From: Cyanophyceae cyanobacterium
Lineage (GTDB): Bacteria; Cyanobacteriota; Cyanobacteriia; Cyanobacteriales; JBHJGN01
Assembly (NCBI GenBank): GCA_050331735.1
Contig: JBHJGN010000023.1
Location: 64,001 to 128,000, forward strand
Direction: 5' to 3'
DNA length: 64,000 nt
The notes under the pieces were generated by a model. It was not told the origin of the DNA. It did not search any database and worked only from the letters and a program-made list of their open reading frames with translations. The position numbers and the translations under genes are program-made. Shown piece by piece: positions 43,262 through 52,693 of this stretch (within the stretch, counting starts at the first letter, position 1; the number at the start of each line of letters is the position of its first letter).

Positions 43262-44170
43262 TCAGATTTTGTAAAACTGCACGTAGAGACTTTGGCCTAG
43301 TATAAAATTTCTTAAACCTAAACTGAGACACTTTTCGTATATAGAATTACTCAAGCGATTAAAAATCAATCGACTTCCAGGAAACCTAGAACGAAAGCGA
43401 TCGCTATAAGCATTTACATAAGCTGCTGTATGATAGGCAGCTAAAGGTTCATAAATCACCTTTGCTAACTTAATCGGAAACAGCTTTTCCAGGGCTTTAA
43501 AAGAGGATTTAGTCCACAAAGTCATATGATGGGGCGGCATGTCTAGCAAATTATACTGATGCTGCAAAAAACTCTCGGCGTTTGGAACGCAGTAAACTAG
43601 TTTTCCGCCCGGTTTCAGCATTTCGATTGACCACTCGATAAATTCTTTCGGGTTGGGAACGTGTTCTAAAACCTGAAAGCTACAGACTCCATCTAAAGAT
43701 TCGTGATAAATCTCGGCAGCTTCCTGTAGATCTAATCGCTCGACTGGAAGCTGCCTTTTTTGAGCTACATCAACGGCTGCTTCATTTAATTCAATGCCTT
43801 TAATATCTAGTCCTGCCTCAATACAGGTTTTGACAAAATCGCCATAGGCAGAGCCAATTTCTAAAATCTTCTGACACTTTTTCAAATCTCTTTGTGCAAT
43901 GCGATGTTCCCATTTATGAGGCATGTAATACCAGTCAAATTTTTGTAGCTGTTCGTAAAGCTTTCCTGAGCCAGCAATATCAGCCGGAGCAAAGAATTTG
44001 AGCTGAGTTTGATTGCACCTGTACAGATAGATTTTTGGGTGTCCCTGTAGTTCCTGAGCAATATTAATTCGGAAATGCTGCTGCCAATCGTCAATTAATT
44101 GATCTGCTTGAAAAATCCTGAGTAGACTAATATCGCTAGAATTAGAAATAATGCTCGTTTCCTGGCTCAT
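43262..44170 (-). CDS. Class I SAM-dependent methyltransferase
   Basis: ILEIGSAYG, FQVLEHVPNP, LKPGG..VPN, DMPPHH. Confidence 0.88.
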   Translation of the reverse strand: MSQETSIISNSSDISLLRIFQADQLIDDWQQHFRINIAQELQGHPKIYLYRCNQTQLKFFAPADIAGSGKLYEQLQKFDWYYMPHKWEHRIAQRDLKKCQKILEIGSAYGDFVKTCIEAGLDIKGIELNEAAVDVAQKRQLPVERLDLQEAAEIYHESLDGVCSFQVLEHVPNPKEFIEWSIEMLKPGGKLVYCVPNAESFLQHQYNLLDMPPHHMTLWTKSSFKALEKLFPIKLAKVIYEPLAAYHTAAYVNAYSDRFRSRFPGSRLIFNRLSNSIYEKCLSLGLRNFILGQSLYVQFYKI

Positions 44171-44221
44171 TTGAACAACTTCTCCTCAAAGCTATTGACT
44201 ACTCTCATACAGTGATTTATT

Positions 44222-45073
44222 TCAGTATTGATATCCTAGTTTTTGAGCTATGTCTCGGCTAGCATCTTCAATAAACTTTCTATCTGTAGTAGATAATTTT
44301 TTTCCATCTGTCACTTGGCCCTGACGCACAAAAGGCTTTGATTTCGATTTCATTAAATAGGTAGAGCGATGAGTGTTTTCTGAAGCTTTCATCTTCTCTT
44401 TTGAACTTAGCTGGACAGCTTCTTTGAGAGCGGTTTCTCTGGCTTCAAGTCCTAGTAAGCTCATGAGCTTCGACATTTCTCTTTCGGGATCTTTAAGCAA
44501 ATCTTCGTAGCGAAAGAGCTGAATTATTTGTCCTTGCCGGAGAGACAAGAACCAAGATTCCGTATGTTTTACCCAAGCTTCTATGCCGTATTGTTTGTGT
44601 TTACAAAAATCGGAGAACTGATGATTTTGCGATATTGCTTGACGATCTCTTAAGTAGTGATAATAAGAAACGCATACGTCTCTGGGATCTCGAACGAGAA
44701 GGAAAACACGTAGATAATAAGGATTGTAATAGGAGTGAGATTTAATAATTCTTGGTATCGTGGTTCCAAATATTCCCTCGTAGCGAATGTTCTGTAAAAA
44801 TCTATCTTCTGAAGCACGAACCTCGGGGATAATATCTTGTATCGAGAAAAAGTTGACTTCACGCTGGATGCTGTAGTGAGTTTTAATAGCGTTGGCAATC
44901 AAAAACCGAAACCAAGTATTGCCAGACCGGGGAAAAGAAACCAAAAAAATATCTTCTCTAAGATAGTTTGCAGGAAGACCTTTCTGGTATTCTTTTTCTA
45001 TATTTTTTTTAGTTATCCGATTTAAAAAAAACATATCTTTTTTTAACTTAAGCTGAAGTCTATACCTAGACAA
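44222..45073 (-). CDS. Sulfotransferase (Sulfotransfer_1 domain)
   Basis: DIFLVSFPRSGNTW, IIKSH, VRDPRDVCVSYYH, RYEDL, FVRQG; start could be ATG 45034. Confidence 0.9.
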   Translation of the reverse strand: MSRYRLQLKLKKDMFFLNRITKKNIEKEYQKGLPANYLREDIFLVSFPRSGNTWFRFLIANAIKTHYSIQREVNFFSIQDIIPEVRASEDRFLQNIRYEGIFGTTIPRIIKSHSYYNPYYLRVFLLVRDPRDVCVSYYHYLRDRQAISQNHQFSDFCKHKQYGIEAWVKHTESWFLSLRQGQIIQLFRYEDLLKDPEREMSKLMSLLGLEARETALKEAVQLSSKEKMKASENTHRSTYLMKSKSKPFVRQGQVTDGKKLSTTDRKFIEDASRDIAQKLGYQY

Positions 45074-45310
45074 ATCAAGTTTTTGTATAGCATCAATTTG
45101 AAAATTTTTATAAATTTATCATTGTTTGTAACTTTGTTCTTTAGAAATTAAATTGTTCGAGCTTCAAAAGAAATACATAGCAATGCTTGCGCTTGTGAAG
45201 TACAGCCCTAAAATCTAGTTCTCTGTTGGTTTTTCCCCGCATACTTCTCGGTATACCTCACGAGTTTAAGAAACGCTATACAAATCTGCTTTACTTTAGA
45301 AAATGTGCTA

Positions 45311-46591
45311 CTAAATTTTGACGCTAGTCTTCCAACTCAATTTTGGAGCAACAACCCCTGGCCATTTTTCTGGAAAAATAGAGCCATGTTGATTAGCGTT
45401 TTCCACATAAAAACCGAGAAATTCTTGGCCTTGCAACAGCACTTTTACGCCTGGACAACCGATGTGAAGTTTAAGAGAATATCGTCCAAAGTTAAGCAAA
45501 AAAGCTGGTATGGTACAGTTTGTCTTGTATAGGCCGGGAGCTTCCTCTTCAGTTCGTAAAGCATGATCTGTTGACGAAAAAGCGATAATGCCCTCAGATG
45601 TCAGAATTTGCAGAATAATGCGCATTCCTCGCATTTGTGTAAACAGCCTGTAGACTATTTCTACCTGAATGGGTTCTTCGGCATCAAAATGGCTTTGCAC
45701 TCTATTTTCAGAGTTAAGTAAGCGAAGAGAAGCTAAACGCAGCTCTTCCCCGCCTGGGGCTTCTTGTTCCTGCCAGTAAACTTCTCCATGATGAAAATCA
45801 CGAATCGTCGCTGAATTAAGGTATGAATCTACAACTTGAGCAGTTGTTCCCTGAGCAACCACTTTTCCTTGTTCGAGGAGCATAGCCGAGTTACACAGGG
45901 TTTTAATCGTTCCCATGTTATGACTAACAAACAGCACTGTTCTACCCTCCTTGCCTACCTCCTCCATCTTGCCCAGACACTTTTTTTGAAAGGCGGCATC
46001 TCCTACCGCTAGCACTTCATCTACTATCAAAATTTCAGGTTCTAGATGAGCCGCTACCGCAAACGCTAGCCGGACATACATTCCCGAAGAATAGCGCTTG
46101 ACTGGGGTATCTAAAAATTTTTCTACCTCTGCAAAGAAAACGATTTCATCAAACTTTCTCTTGATTTCGAGCTTACTCATGCCCAGAATGGCTCCATTGA
46201 GATAAATGTTCTCTCTCCCTGTTAGTTCTGGGTGAAAGCCAGTGCCGACTTCGAGTAGACTGGCAACTCTTCCTTTAATGCAGATCCGTCCGGTGGTTGG
46301 GTCAGTAATCCGACTCAAAAGCTTGAGCAGAGTTGATTTGCCAGCACCGTTGCGTCCAATAATGCCCAGGCGATCGCCTCTTTTGATTTCAAACGAGACG
46401 TTTTGAAGTGCCCAAAATTCCTCGATGGCTGGATTGCTCTTGCTTCTGTGCTGAAGCAGCGATCGCCCAACAGATTTTGCCTTGCTAGTGAGAACATCTC
46501 GTAACGCCACGTAGGGCGATCGCCCTTGCTGCTGATGCCCAAGCAGATATTTTTTGCCTAAATTTTCAACTTTAACGACGGTATCAAACAT
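45311..46591 (-). CDS. wzt: Polysaccharide ABC exporter ATPase with C-terminal carbohydrate-binding domain
   Basis: GRNGAGKST, YSSGMYVRLAF, VDEVLAVGD, plus a Wzt_C-type extension. Confidence 0.93.
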   Translation of the reverse strand: MFDTVVKVENLGKKYLLGHQQQGRSPYVALRDVLTSKAKSVGRSLLQHRSKSNPAIEEFWALQNVSFEIKRGDRLGIIGRNGAGKSTLLKLLSRITDPTTGRICIKGRVASLLEVGTGFHPELTGRENIYLNGAILGMSKLEIKRKFDEIVFFAEVEKFLDTPVKRYSSGMYVRLAFAVAAHLEPEILIVDEVLAVGDAAFQKKCLGKMEEVGKEGRTVLFVSHNMGTIKTLCNSAMLLEQGKVVAQGTTAQVVDSYLNSATIRDFHHGEVYWQEQEAPGGEELRLASLRLLNSENRVQSHFDAEEPIQVEIVYRLFTQMRGMRIILQILTSEGIIAFSSTDHALRTEEEAPGLYKTNCTIPAFLLNFGRYSLKLHIGCPGVKVLLQGQEFLGFYVENANQHGSIFPEKWPGVVAPKLSWKTSVKI

Positions 46592-46600
46592 CCTCTCGCC

Positions 46601-47431
46601 TCAAATAACATCGGCGAACGTTCGTTCGGTTTTGCGGAAGTACCAAATCCCACCAACCAACAAACCAACGACTAATCCGATGGATAGTACAAATCCTGGT
46701 AAATAAATGGCTGACTCGCCTCCTAAAATGGCCCAGCGAAAGCCATCAATCACCCCAACCATCGGATTGACAGAATAAAGCAAGCGCCATTCTTGAGGAA
46801 CGACGTTGCTGCTAAAGCCCACAGGCGAGATATACAAACCAAACTGCACAATAAATGGCACAATATAGCGAAAATCTCGGTATTTGACGTTGAGCGATGC
46901 CATCCACAAACCGGCTCCCATAGCGGCGGCAAAAGCAATCAAAATGAAGACTGGCAAACTCAAAATCCGCCAGCTAGGAACAAAATCGTACCACGCCATT
47001 AACCCAAGCAGAATCATCCCAGACACCATAAAATCAACAAAGCTAACTATAACGGCACTTGTCGGTACAATCAGGCGGGGAAAATATATTTTAGAAATCA
47101 AATTAGAGTTGGTAATGAGGCTGTTACTACACTCTGCTAGCGCACTCGCAAAAAACTGCCAGGGCAGCATAGCCGCAAATACTAAGATGGGATACGGCAC
47201 TCCCTCTGATGGGAGCTTTGCCAGCTTACCAAACACAATGGTAAATACCACCATCGTTAGAAAGGGGCGAATCAGCGCCCAAGCAATTCCAATCGCCGTT
47301 TGCTTGTAGCGCACCAATATATCTCGCCATGCCAGAAAGTAAAACAGCTCTCGATAGCGCCATAGGTCTCTCCAGTACTGGCGCTCTGTTCGGCCTGCCT
47401 CGATTACTAACTCTGCTTCACTCCTGCTCAT
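46601..47431 (-). CDS. wzm: Polysaccharide ABC exporter permease
   Basis: RDILVRYKQT, LISKIYFPRL, YRDFRYIVPF, ERTFADVI. Confidence 0.93.
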   Translation of the reverse strand: MSRSEAELVIEAGRTERQYWRDLWRYRELFYFLAWRDILVRYKQTAIGIAWALIRPFLTMVVFTIVFGKLAKLPSEGVPYPILVFAAMLPWQFFASALAECSNSLITNSNLISKIYFPRLIVPTSAVIVSFVDFMVSGMILLGLMAWYDFVPSWRILSLPVFILIAFAAAMGAGLWMASLNVKYRDFRYIVPFIVQFGLYISPVGFSSNVVPQEWRLLYSVNPMVGVIDGFRWAILGGESAIYLPGFVLSIGLVVGLLVGGIWYFRKTERTFADVI

Positions 47432-47642
47432 CCAGCCACCACTTTGTTAGACTGCATCAGGTTAACAAGTCACTGTTGCTTGATACTCTAGGCTGGAATT
47501 ATGATGGCATAACTTGGATCTGTCAAGGTTTAGCCAATCAATCTGCTGATACTCTTACAGTACCAAACAAGCATCCAGGATGAGGTTTCTATCAAGAAGT
47601 CGTCCGAAAAGAGATAACGAAGTTGGCAACTAAGGAGCGACC

Positions 47643-48416
47643 ATGAAAAAAATGCTTGCGGCAACCATTCAGTCATTGACCCATCAATTTAAAGGCGATA
47701 CAGAACGACCTAAAAAATATCCTCCAGATTTCAGCCAACAAAATCTAGAGATTTATAATTCTGTCAAGGCCTATACATCGACCAGTTTAGAAAGAGCAAA
47801 TGCCTTGATCAATGCAGTTAATTATCTTGTCGCTAATAAAATCGATGGAGCTTTCGTTGAATGTGGCGTGTGGAAAGGCGGCTCGATTATGGCTATGGCG
47901 CTTACGCTTAAAAAGTTGGGAGATGAAAGTAGAGAACTATATTTATACGATACCTTTTCTGGAATGAGTGCTCCTAGTGATGTTGATATTTCAGTTAATG
48001 GGGAAAAAGCAGCCGACCAGTTTTCCCAAACTAAACTATCCGCCGATTCATCAAACTGGTGCTTTTCTTCCTTGGAGGAAGTGAAAGAAAATGTATTGAG
48101 TACTGGCTATCCTCAAGAGAAAATATATTTCATTGAAGGAAAAGTGGAAGACACAATACCGACAAATATTCCCCAAGAAATCGCCTTGCTGAGACTAGAT
48201 ACTGACTGGTATGAATCAACTAAGCATGAAATGACTCATCTATTTCCGCTTCTCAAACCCAATGGCGTTTTGATTATCGATGATTACGGTCACTGGGAAG
48301 GAGCCAGAAAAGCAATCGATGAATATATTGCTGACAATAATATTTGTATCCTTTTAAATCGAATTGACTACACGGGGCGGATTGCCGTCAAGACAGTGAA
48401 CAACAAGCCTACTTGA
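47643..48416 (+). CDS. TylF/MycF (macrocin-type) O-methyltransferase
   Basis: VECGVWKGGS, YDTFSG, LLRLDTDWYEST, IIDDYGHWEGARKAIDEY. Confidence 0.92.
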   Translation: MKKMLAATIQSLTHQFKGDTERPKKYPPDFSQQNLEIYNSVKAYTSTSLERANALINAVNYLVANKIDGAFVECGVWKGGSIMAMALTLKKLGDESRELYLYDTFSGMSAPSDVDISVNGEKAADQFSQTKLSADSSNWCFSSLEEVKENVLSTGYPQEKIYFIEGKVEDTIPTNIPQEIALLRLDTDWYESTKHEMTHLFPLLKPNGVLIIDDYGHWEGARKAIDEYIADNNICILLNRIDYTGRIAVKTVNNKPT

Positions 48417-48417
48417 C

Positions 48418-49251
48418 TTAAGTCTCTAAATCGGGTTCAATGCCGAGCGATCGCAATTGTTCGAGCAGTCGTTCGCTGCGCCGTCTTTCCTGTTCAGCCC
48501 GCTGCCGCTCCTGCTCAGCCCGCTGCCGCTCTCGTTCAGCCCGCTGTCGCTCCTGTTCAGCCCGCTGCCGCTCTTGTTCGGCTAGATTCGCTTCTCGTTC
48601 CGGGGGCGTAGGAATCCACTGCCCAGAGGCATTAAACCAGCGTAACCATTGACGCTCAACGTTCTCATAGGAGCCTTGCCAGAGTCCGATGCCTAATTCG
48701 ATTCCTGACATCCACACGCGCGACTGTTCTAAATCCAAAGCCCGATAGCGTCTTCCTTCTAAGCGGAATGCCTGTAGCTCATCGGTATAGCGATTAAAAA
48801 CTAGGTAGTAAGGAATTTGCAGAATTTGTTCGTAGACTTGCCACTTAGTCGGAGGTTGAGCAGCCTCTCGCAAAGTTTGTCCTAAATCTTCTTTTTCGGT
48901 TCCTGGAGACAAAAACTCAACCGCTACAAACGGAGCCACCCCTTCCTGCCAAATCACGTAGCTTAACCGCAGATATCGTTCCTCGTAGAGCTTAGGAATC
49001 CCAACAACGGCAAACCAGTCGGGTCGTTTATACCACTGGGTATGACGAGGATCGTAGTAAAGATTCAAATCGCTGGCAACCAAAACCTGATCTTCTGAAT
49101 AGGATGGCGGACAGAAGGTATCGCTCAACAGCCGCGCCTGCCAGATATGAAATTCGTCGGGCAAACCAGAATCTCCGATCTCTTCGCTAGGAAGATCGTA
49201 CATGGTCGGCATCACTTCTTTCGGAGACCGAGGCGGATCGGTTTGATACAT
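48418..49251 (-). CDS. Uma2-family endonuclease-fold protein with coiled-coil tail
   Basis: PTMYDLPSE, KRPDWF, VEFLSPGTEKED, WLRW, (AEQERQR)n tail. Confidence 0.9.
   Translation of the reverse strand: MYQTDPPRSPKEVMPTMYDLPSEEIGDSGLPDEFHIWQARLLSDTFCPPSYSEDQVLVASDLNLYYDPRHTQWYKRPDWFAVVGIPKLYEERYLRLSYVIWQEGVAPFVAVEFLSPGTEKEDLGQTLREAAQPPTKWQVYEQILQIPYYLVFNRYTDELQAFRLEGRRYRALDLEQSRVWMSGIELGIGLWQGSYENVERQWLRWFNASGQWIPTPPEREANLAEQERQRAEQERQRAERERQRAEQERQRAEQERRRSERLLEQLRSLGIEPDLET
48488..48582 (-). repeat. 21-bp coding tandem repeat, ~4.5 copies (AEQERQR)
   Basis: tcctgttcagcccgctgccgc-type units read directly. Confidence 0.9.
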
Positions 49252-49291
49252 ACGACATTATTAAAAGCTATTCTTTAACTTTAGCAAGTCT

Positions 49292-49357
49292 GTCCGGTGC
49301 GGGACGGGAAAGGGGAAGGGGAAACTGTCCCTCCGGGACGGGGAAAGGGAAAGGGAG
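49292..49357 (+). repeat. Hairpin plus G/A-tract dispersed repeat
   Basis: GTCC..GGAC and GTCCC-TCC-GGGAC, each followed by GGG(G)AAAGGG tracts. Confidence 0.8.
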
Positions 49358-49454
49358 GACATGATAGGCTTGGTCCCTGTATCCTTGTGTTCTATTTGTA
49401 ACAAGAGTCAATAGAATTGGTGTAGATTGGCAAACTTTTAGATAACAGTTACCA

Positions 49455-49733
49455 ATGGCTAATATTAATATTCAATCTCAGACTGAGCTAGACAATGGCT
49501 GGTCTTACCAGGTCAAGCTGCAAGATAATGGTGAGCATAGCTACAGCGTGACGCTTTCTCAGTCTGATTACGAACAGTGGTCTCAAGGGGCATCGCCAGA
49601 CAAGGTGATCGAGGCGGCGTTTGCCTTTCTGCTCGAACGGGAACCCGCTTCTGCAATCCTGTCAGAATTTGACTGCTCGGTAATTCGTCGTTACTTTCCT
49701 GAAGTGGATCGAGAGCTGCCAAAAAGACTGTAG
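49455..49733 (+). CDS. Hypothetical protein (FLLEREP..IL..F..IRRYFPE motif)
   Basis: 92-aa ORF with ATG start and a conserved-looking C-terminal motif. Confidence 0.7.
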   Translation: MANINIQSQTELDNGWSYQVKLQDNGEHSYSVTLSQSDYEQWSQGASPDKVIEAAFAFLLEREPASAILSEFDCSVIRRYFPEVDRELPKRL

Positions 49734-49981
49734 ATCCGGTTATCTCTACCGAGGATTCGTAGCTTCCTCCCTGTTCCTTAAATCAGAAAAGAGACATACT
49801 AAATATTAGGTCTGATTAACACAGATCTAACTATTTTAATCCTTTATATGTAAAGTTTATTGCCCCTGGTAGATTGGTCTATCGGGGGTATTTTAATGGC
49901 TAACAGTTGGCAGGCGGTTTTAGTTATTTAACCGGAAATATTATCGGAAAGCTCTACTCTTATGCTCGGTTTTCCTCCCTG

Positions 49982-50007
49982 TTGTGCAAAGAAGCAATAT
50001 TGCACAA
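49982..50007. promoter_or_regulatory. Perfect inverted repeat TTGTGCAA-N10-TTGCACAA upstream of hsp20
   Basis: Read directly; ends 56 bp before the ATG. Confidence 0.45.
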
Positions 50008-50063
50008 TAAAGATGTCACACAAAAGACAGTTCCACTAAAAAGTAATCCTAAAAGGACAAATT

Positions 50064-50528
50064 ATGGCAATTATTCTTCGTAATCCTTACAACGAAATTG
50101 AATCCTTCCGTCGTCAATTTGACAGCATTTTTAATCAAATGGCAGCTCCTCAGAATACCTGGAAGCCAGCCGTAGAACTTTATGAAGCTCAAGATCGTTT
50201 CGTTCTTAAAGTACAGCTTCCTGGCTTTGAAGGCAAAGATCTAGATATTAACGCTACTCGTGAAGCTGTTATGATCAAAGGCGAGTATCGCCACAACCAA
50301 GAAGAAGGACTGCGCTATTCTGAGTTCCGTTACGGTTCTTTCCAAAGAGCGATTAAACTGCCTGTCGCTATTCAGAATGACAACGTGCAGGCTGAATTTA
50401 ACAATGGTATTTTGACCCTCAATCTACCCAAAGTAGAAGCAGCCGTTAATCGGGTTGTTAAAGTCAATCTTGAAGCGGCTGAGGCGACTGCTCCCCAAGC
50501 TGAAGCTGAGCAGAATCAAGACAGCTAA
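50064..50528 (+). CDS. hspA: Small heat-shock protein (Hsp20/alpha-crystallin)
   Basis: WKPAVEL.E, LPG, SEFRYGSFQR, AEFNNGILTLNLPK; AAGGA RBS. Confidence 0.92.
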   Translation: MAIILRNPYNEIESFRRQFDSIFNQMAAPQNTWKPAVELYEAQDRFVLKVQLPGFEGKDLDINATREAVMIKGEYRHNQEEGLRYSEFRYGSFQRAIKLPVAIQNDNVQAEFNNGILTLNLPKVEAAVNRVVKVNLEAAEATAPQAEAEQNQDS

Positions 50529-50584
50529 TTGTCAGGTTCTTATTTGAGATTCAGTTTCAACGATACTGATTAAGCGAGATTAAC

Positions 50585-51250
50585 TTAGCCGTAAGCCGTA
50601 TTCTTGCCATTTGAGCGCAGGAGTGCGGCTTTTAATTGGGTAAACAGCAGGGCCACTTTTTCTAAATCTTTGTCTCCCGGCGATCGCTCAACGCCGCTCG
50701 ACAGATCGATGCCGTGGGGCTGTAGCTGAGTCAGAGCATTGGTAACGTTATCGGGGGTTAATCCGCCAGCCAATAGCCAAGGACGAGCTAAACAAGTCTG
50801 TCTGAGGGCTTCCCAGTCAAGCGTTTTTCCCGTTCCTCCTAGCTGTTGCGGATGATAAGCATCTAACAAAAAGGTGTCGATCCATTCGTAATAAGCATCA
50901 AGCTGAGCAAGAGTTTGTGGCGATTTAACGCGGATGGCTTTAATCAGTTCGGTGTCGGGAAGCCGTTGCCGTAACTGCTGGCAGTAAATGGGAGTTTCGT
51001 CTCCGTGTAGCTGAACCCCGCTTAGATCGGTGGCAGTCACCGTCTCAACAATTTCCTTTACGGTGGCGTTGGCAAATACGCCAATACGATCAACTTCTGA
51101 GGGCAACTGCTGCACCACGGCTCCAATTTGTTCCGGCTTGACGTAGCGAGGGGAGCGAGAAACGCAGATAAATCCGAGGGCGGTAGCTCCGAGTTCAGCG
51201 ATCGCCCGTCCTTGATCGGGTTTAGTAATGCCGCAGATTTTGATGCGCAT
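50585..51250 (-). CDS. trpF: Phosphoribosylanthranilate isomerase
   Basis: [51 protein letters not shown] 51250 preferred over TTG 51274. Confidence 0.95.
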   Translation of the reverse strand: MRIKICGITKPDQGRAIAELGATALGFICVSRSPRYVKPEQIGAVVQQLPSEVDRIGVFANATVKEIVETVTATDLSGVQLHGDETPIYCQQLRQRLPDTELIKAIRVKSPQTLAQLDAYYEWIDTFLLDAYHPQQLGGTGKTLDWEALRQTCLARPWLLAGGLTPDNVTNALTQLQPHGIDLSSGVERSPGDKDLEKVALLFTQLKAALLRSNGKNTAYG

Positions 51251-51280
51251 AGATCCTATCGGGGGAAAGGGCAAAGGGAA

Positions 51281-52651
51281 TTAGACGTTAGTTAAGTGGT
51301 TGAGGAGGAGAGGACAAACAGCGGTGGCTTCGATGGCGGCTGCGGTGAGGAGAGCTTTTTGTGGGGTGATGAGCAGCGGTCCCTCTGCGGGGGATTGAGG
51401 GAGACAGCCGTGGGAACCGCGCACCAAGGAGGCATCGAGGGGAATTACGTCTAGGAGAGTGCGCAAGCCGAGCTTTTTTTGGAGGAGCTTCCAACCGACT
51501 TTGGCCTGGGGGAGCTTGAGCTGGGGGTCGAGAAACAATTCTACCGGATCGTAGCCCGGTTTGCGGTGGATATCGACTGTGCGGGCAAAATCGGGGGCGC
51601 GGCGGTCGTCGAGCCAGTAGTAGTAGGTAAACCAAGCATTCGGTTCGGCGATCACCACGAGTTCCCCAGAGCGAGGATGGTCGAGATGGGCAGCACGTTT
51701 TCCCTCGTCATCGAGCACCTGAGCGACTCCTGGAGTGGCTTCTAGGATGGCGCAGACTCGCTCTATCGATGCCGGATCGTTAACGTAGACGTGAGCAAGC
51801 TGATGATCGGCAACGGCAAAGGCGGTACTGGCTCCGGGGTCGAGGAGTTCTCGGCCCAGTTCTTCACGAACGGCAATGAATCCGCGATCGCGCAACAGGC
51901 GGTTGAGGTGTACAGGTTGAGAAACCGCGCTGATGCCGTACTCTGATAACACGATGACCTGAGCGTTTCGGGCTTCGTAAAAGTCGATCAGTTCTTGACA
52001 AACAGCATCAATCTCATCAAGATCCTGCTGTACTTTCTTGACATCAGGACCAAAACGCTGTAAACAATAATCGAGGTGCGGCAAGTAGACGAGGGTTAGG
52101 GTAGGGCTGTAGCGCTGCTCTGTCCATTGAGCAGACTGGGCAATCCACTGAGTCGCCGCGATGCCAGTTTTCGGACCCCAAAAGCTAAACAGCGGAAATT
52201 GACCCAACTCCGACTGAATAGAGCGAATTGTGGTTGGTTGAGTATAAATATCAGGAAGCTTACGCCCGTCTGCGGGGTACATCGGTCGCGGCGTAATCGC
52301 ATAATCAGCCGAGGAGTACATATTGTACCACCAAAACAAATTGGCGCAGGTAAATTCAGGATCGATGGCCTTGGCCATCTCCCACACTTTAGGAGCCTGC
52401 ACCAGTTTATTCGACTGTCGCCAAAACTTGACTTCACATTCGTCTCGAAAATACCAGCCGTTGGCCACAATGCCGTGTTCATCGGGCAGTTTCCCCGTGA
52501 GATAAGTAGCCTGCACCGAACAGGTCACTGCTGGCAGGACCGATTTCACGGCGGCTGTTTGTCCCCGCGCCGCCCAAGCCGACAGCAACGGCATCCGTTC
52601 GAGGAGGCGAGGCGTTAAACCCACAACGTTTAAAACAACGGTTTTTTTCAT
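51281..52651 (-). CDS. eboF: EboF, alkaline-phosphatase/nucleotide pyrophosphatase family
   Basis: VLNVVGLTP, LPAVTCSVQATYLTG, YLPHLDY, VDIHRKPGYDPVELF; position in the ebo operon. Confidence 0.9.
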   Translation of the reverse strand: MKKTVVLNVVGLTPRLLERMPLLSAWAARGQTAAVKSVLPAVTCSVQATYLTGKLPDEHGIVANGWYFRDECEVKFWRQSNKLVQAPKVWEMAKAIDPEFTCANLFWWYNMYSSADYAITPRPMYPADGRKLPDIYTQPTTIRSIQSELGQFPLFSFWGPKTGIAATQWIAQSAQWTEQRYSPTLTLVYLPHLDYCLQRFGPDVKKVQQDLDEIDAVCQELIDFYEARNAQVIVLSEYGISAVSQPVHLNRLLRDRGFIAVREELGRELLDPGASTAFAVADHQLAHVYVNDPASIERVCAILEATPGVAQVLDDEGKRAAHLDHPRSGELVVIAEPNAWFTYYYWLDDRRAPDFARTVDIHRKPGYDPVELFLDPQLKLPQAKVGWKLLQKKLGLRTLLDVIPLDASLVRGSHGCLPQSPAEGPLLITPQKALLTAAAIEATAVCPLLLNHLTNV

Positions 52652-52693
52652 CGGTACAGGTTAGTTTGACGGTGAGTAATCAGCAATGAACAG

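Noticed and set aside
48488..48582. 21-bp tandem repeat as a possible CRISPR array
   Set aside because: No unique spacers; in-frame coiled-coil repeat typical of Uma2 proteins; no cas genes
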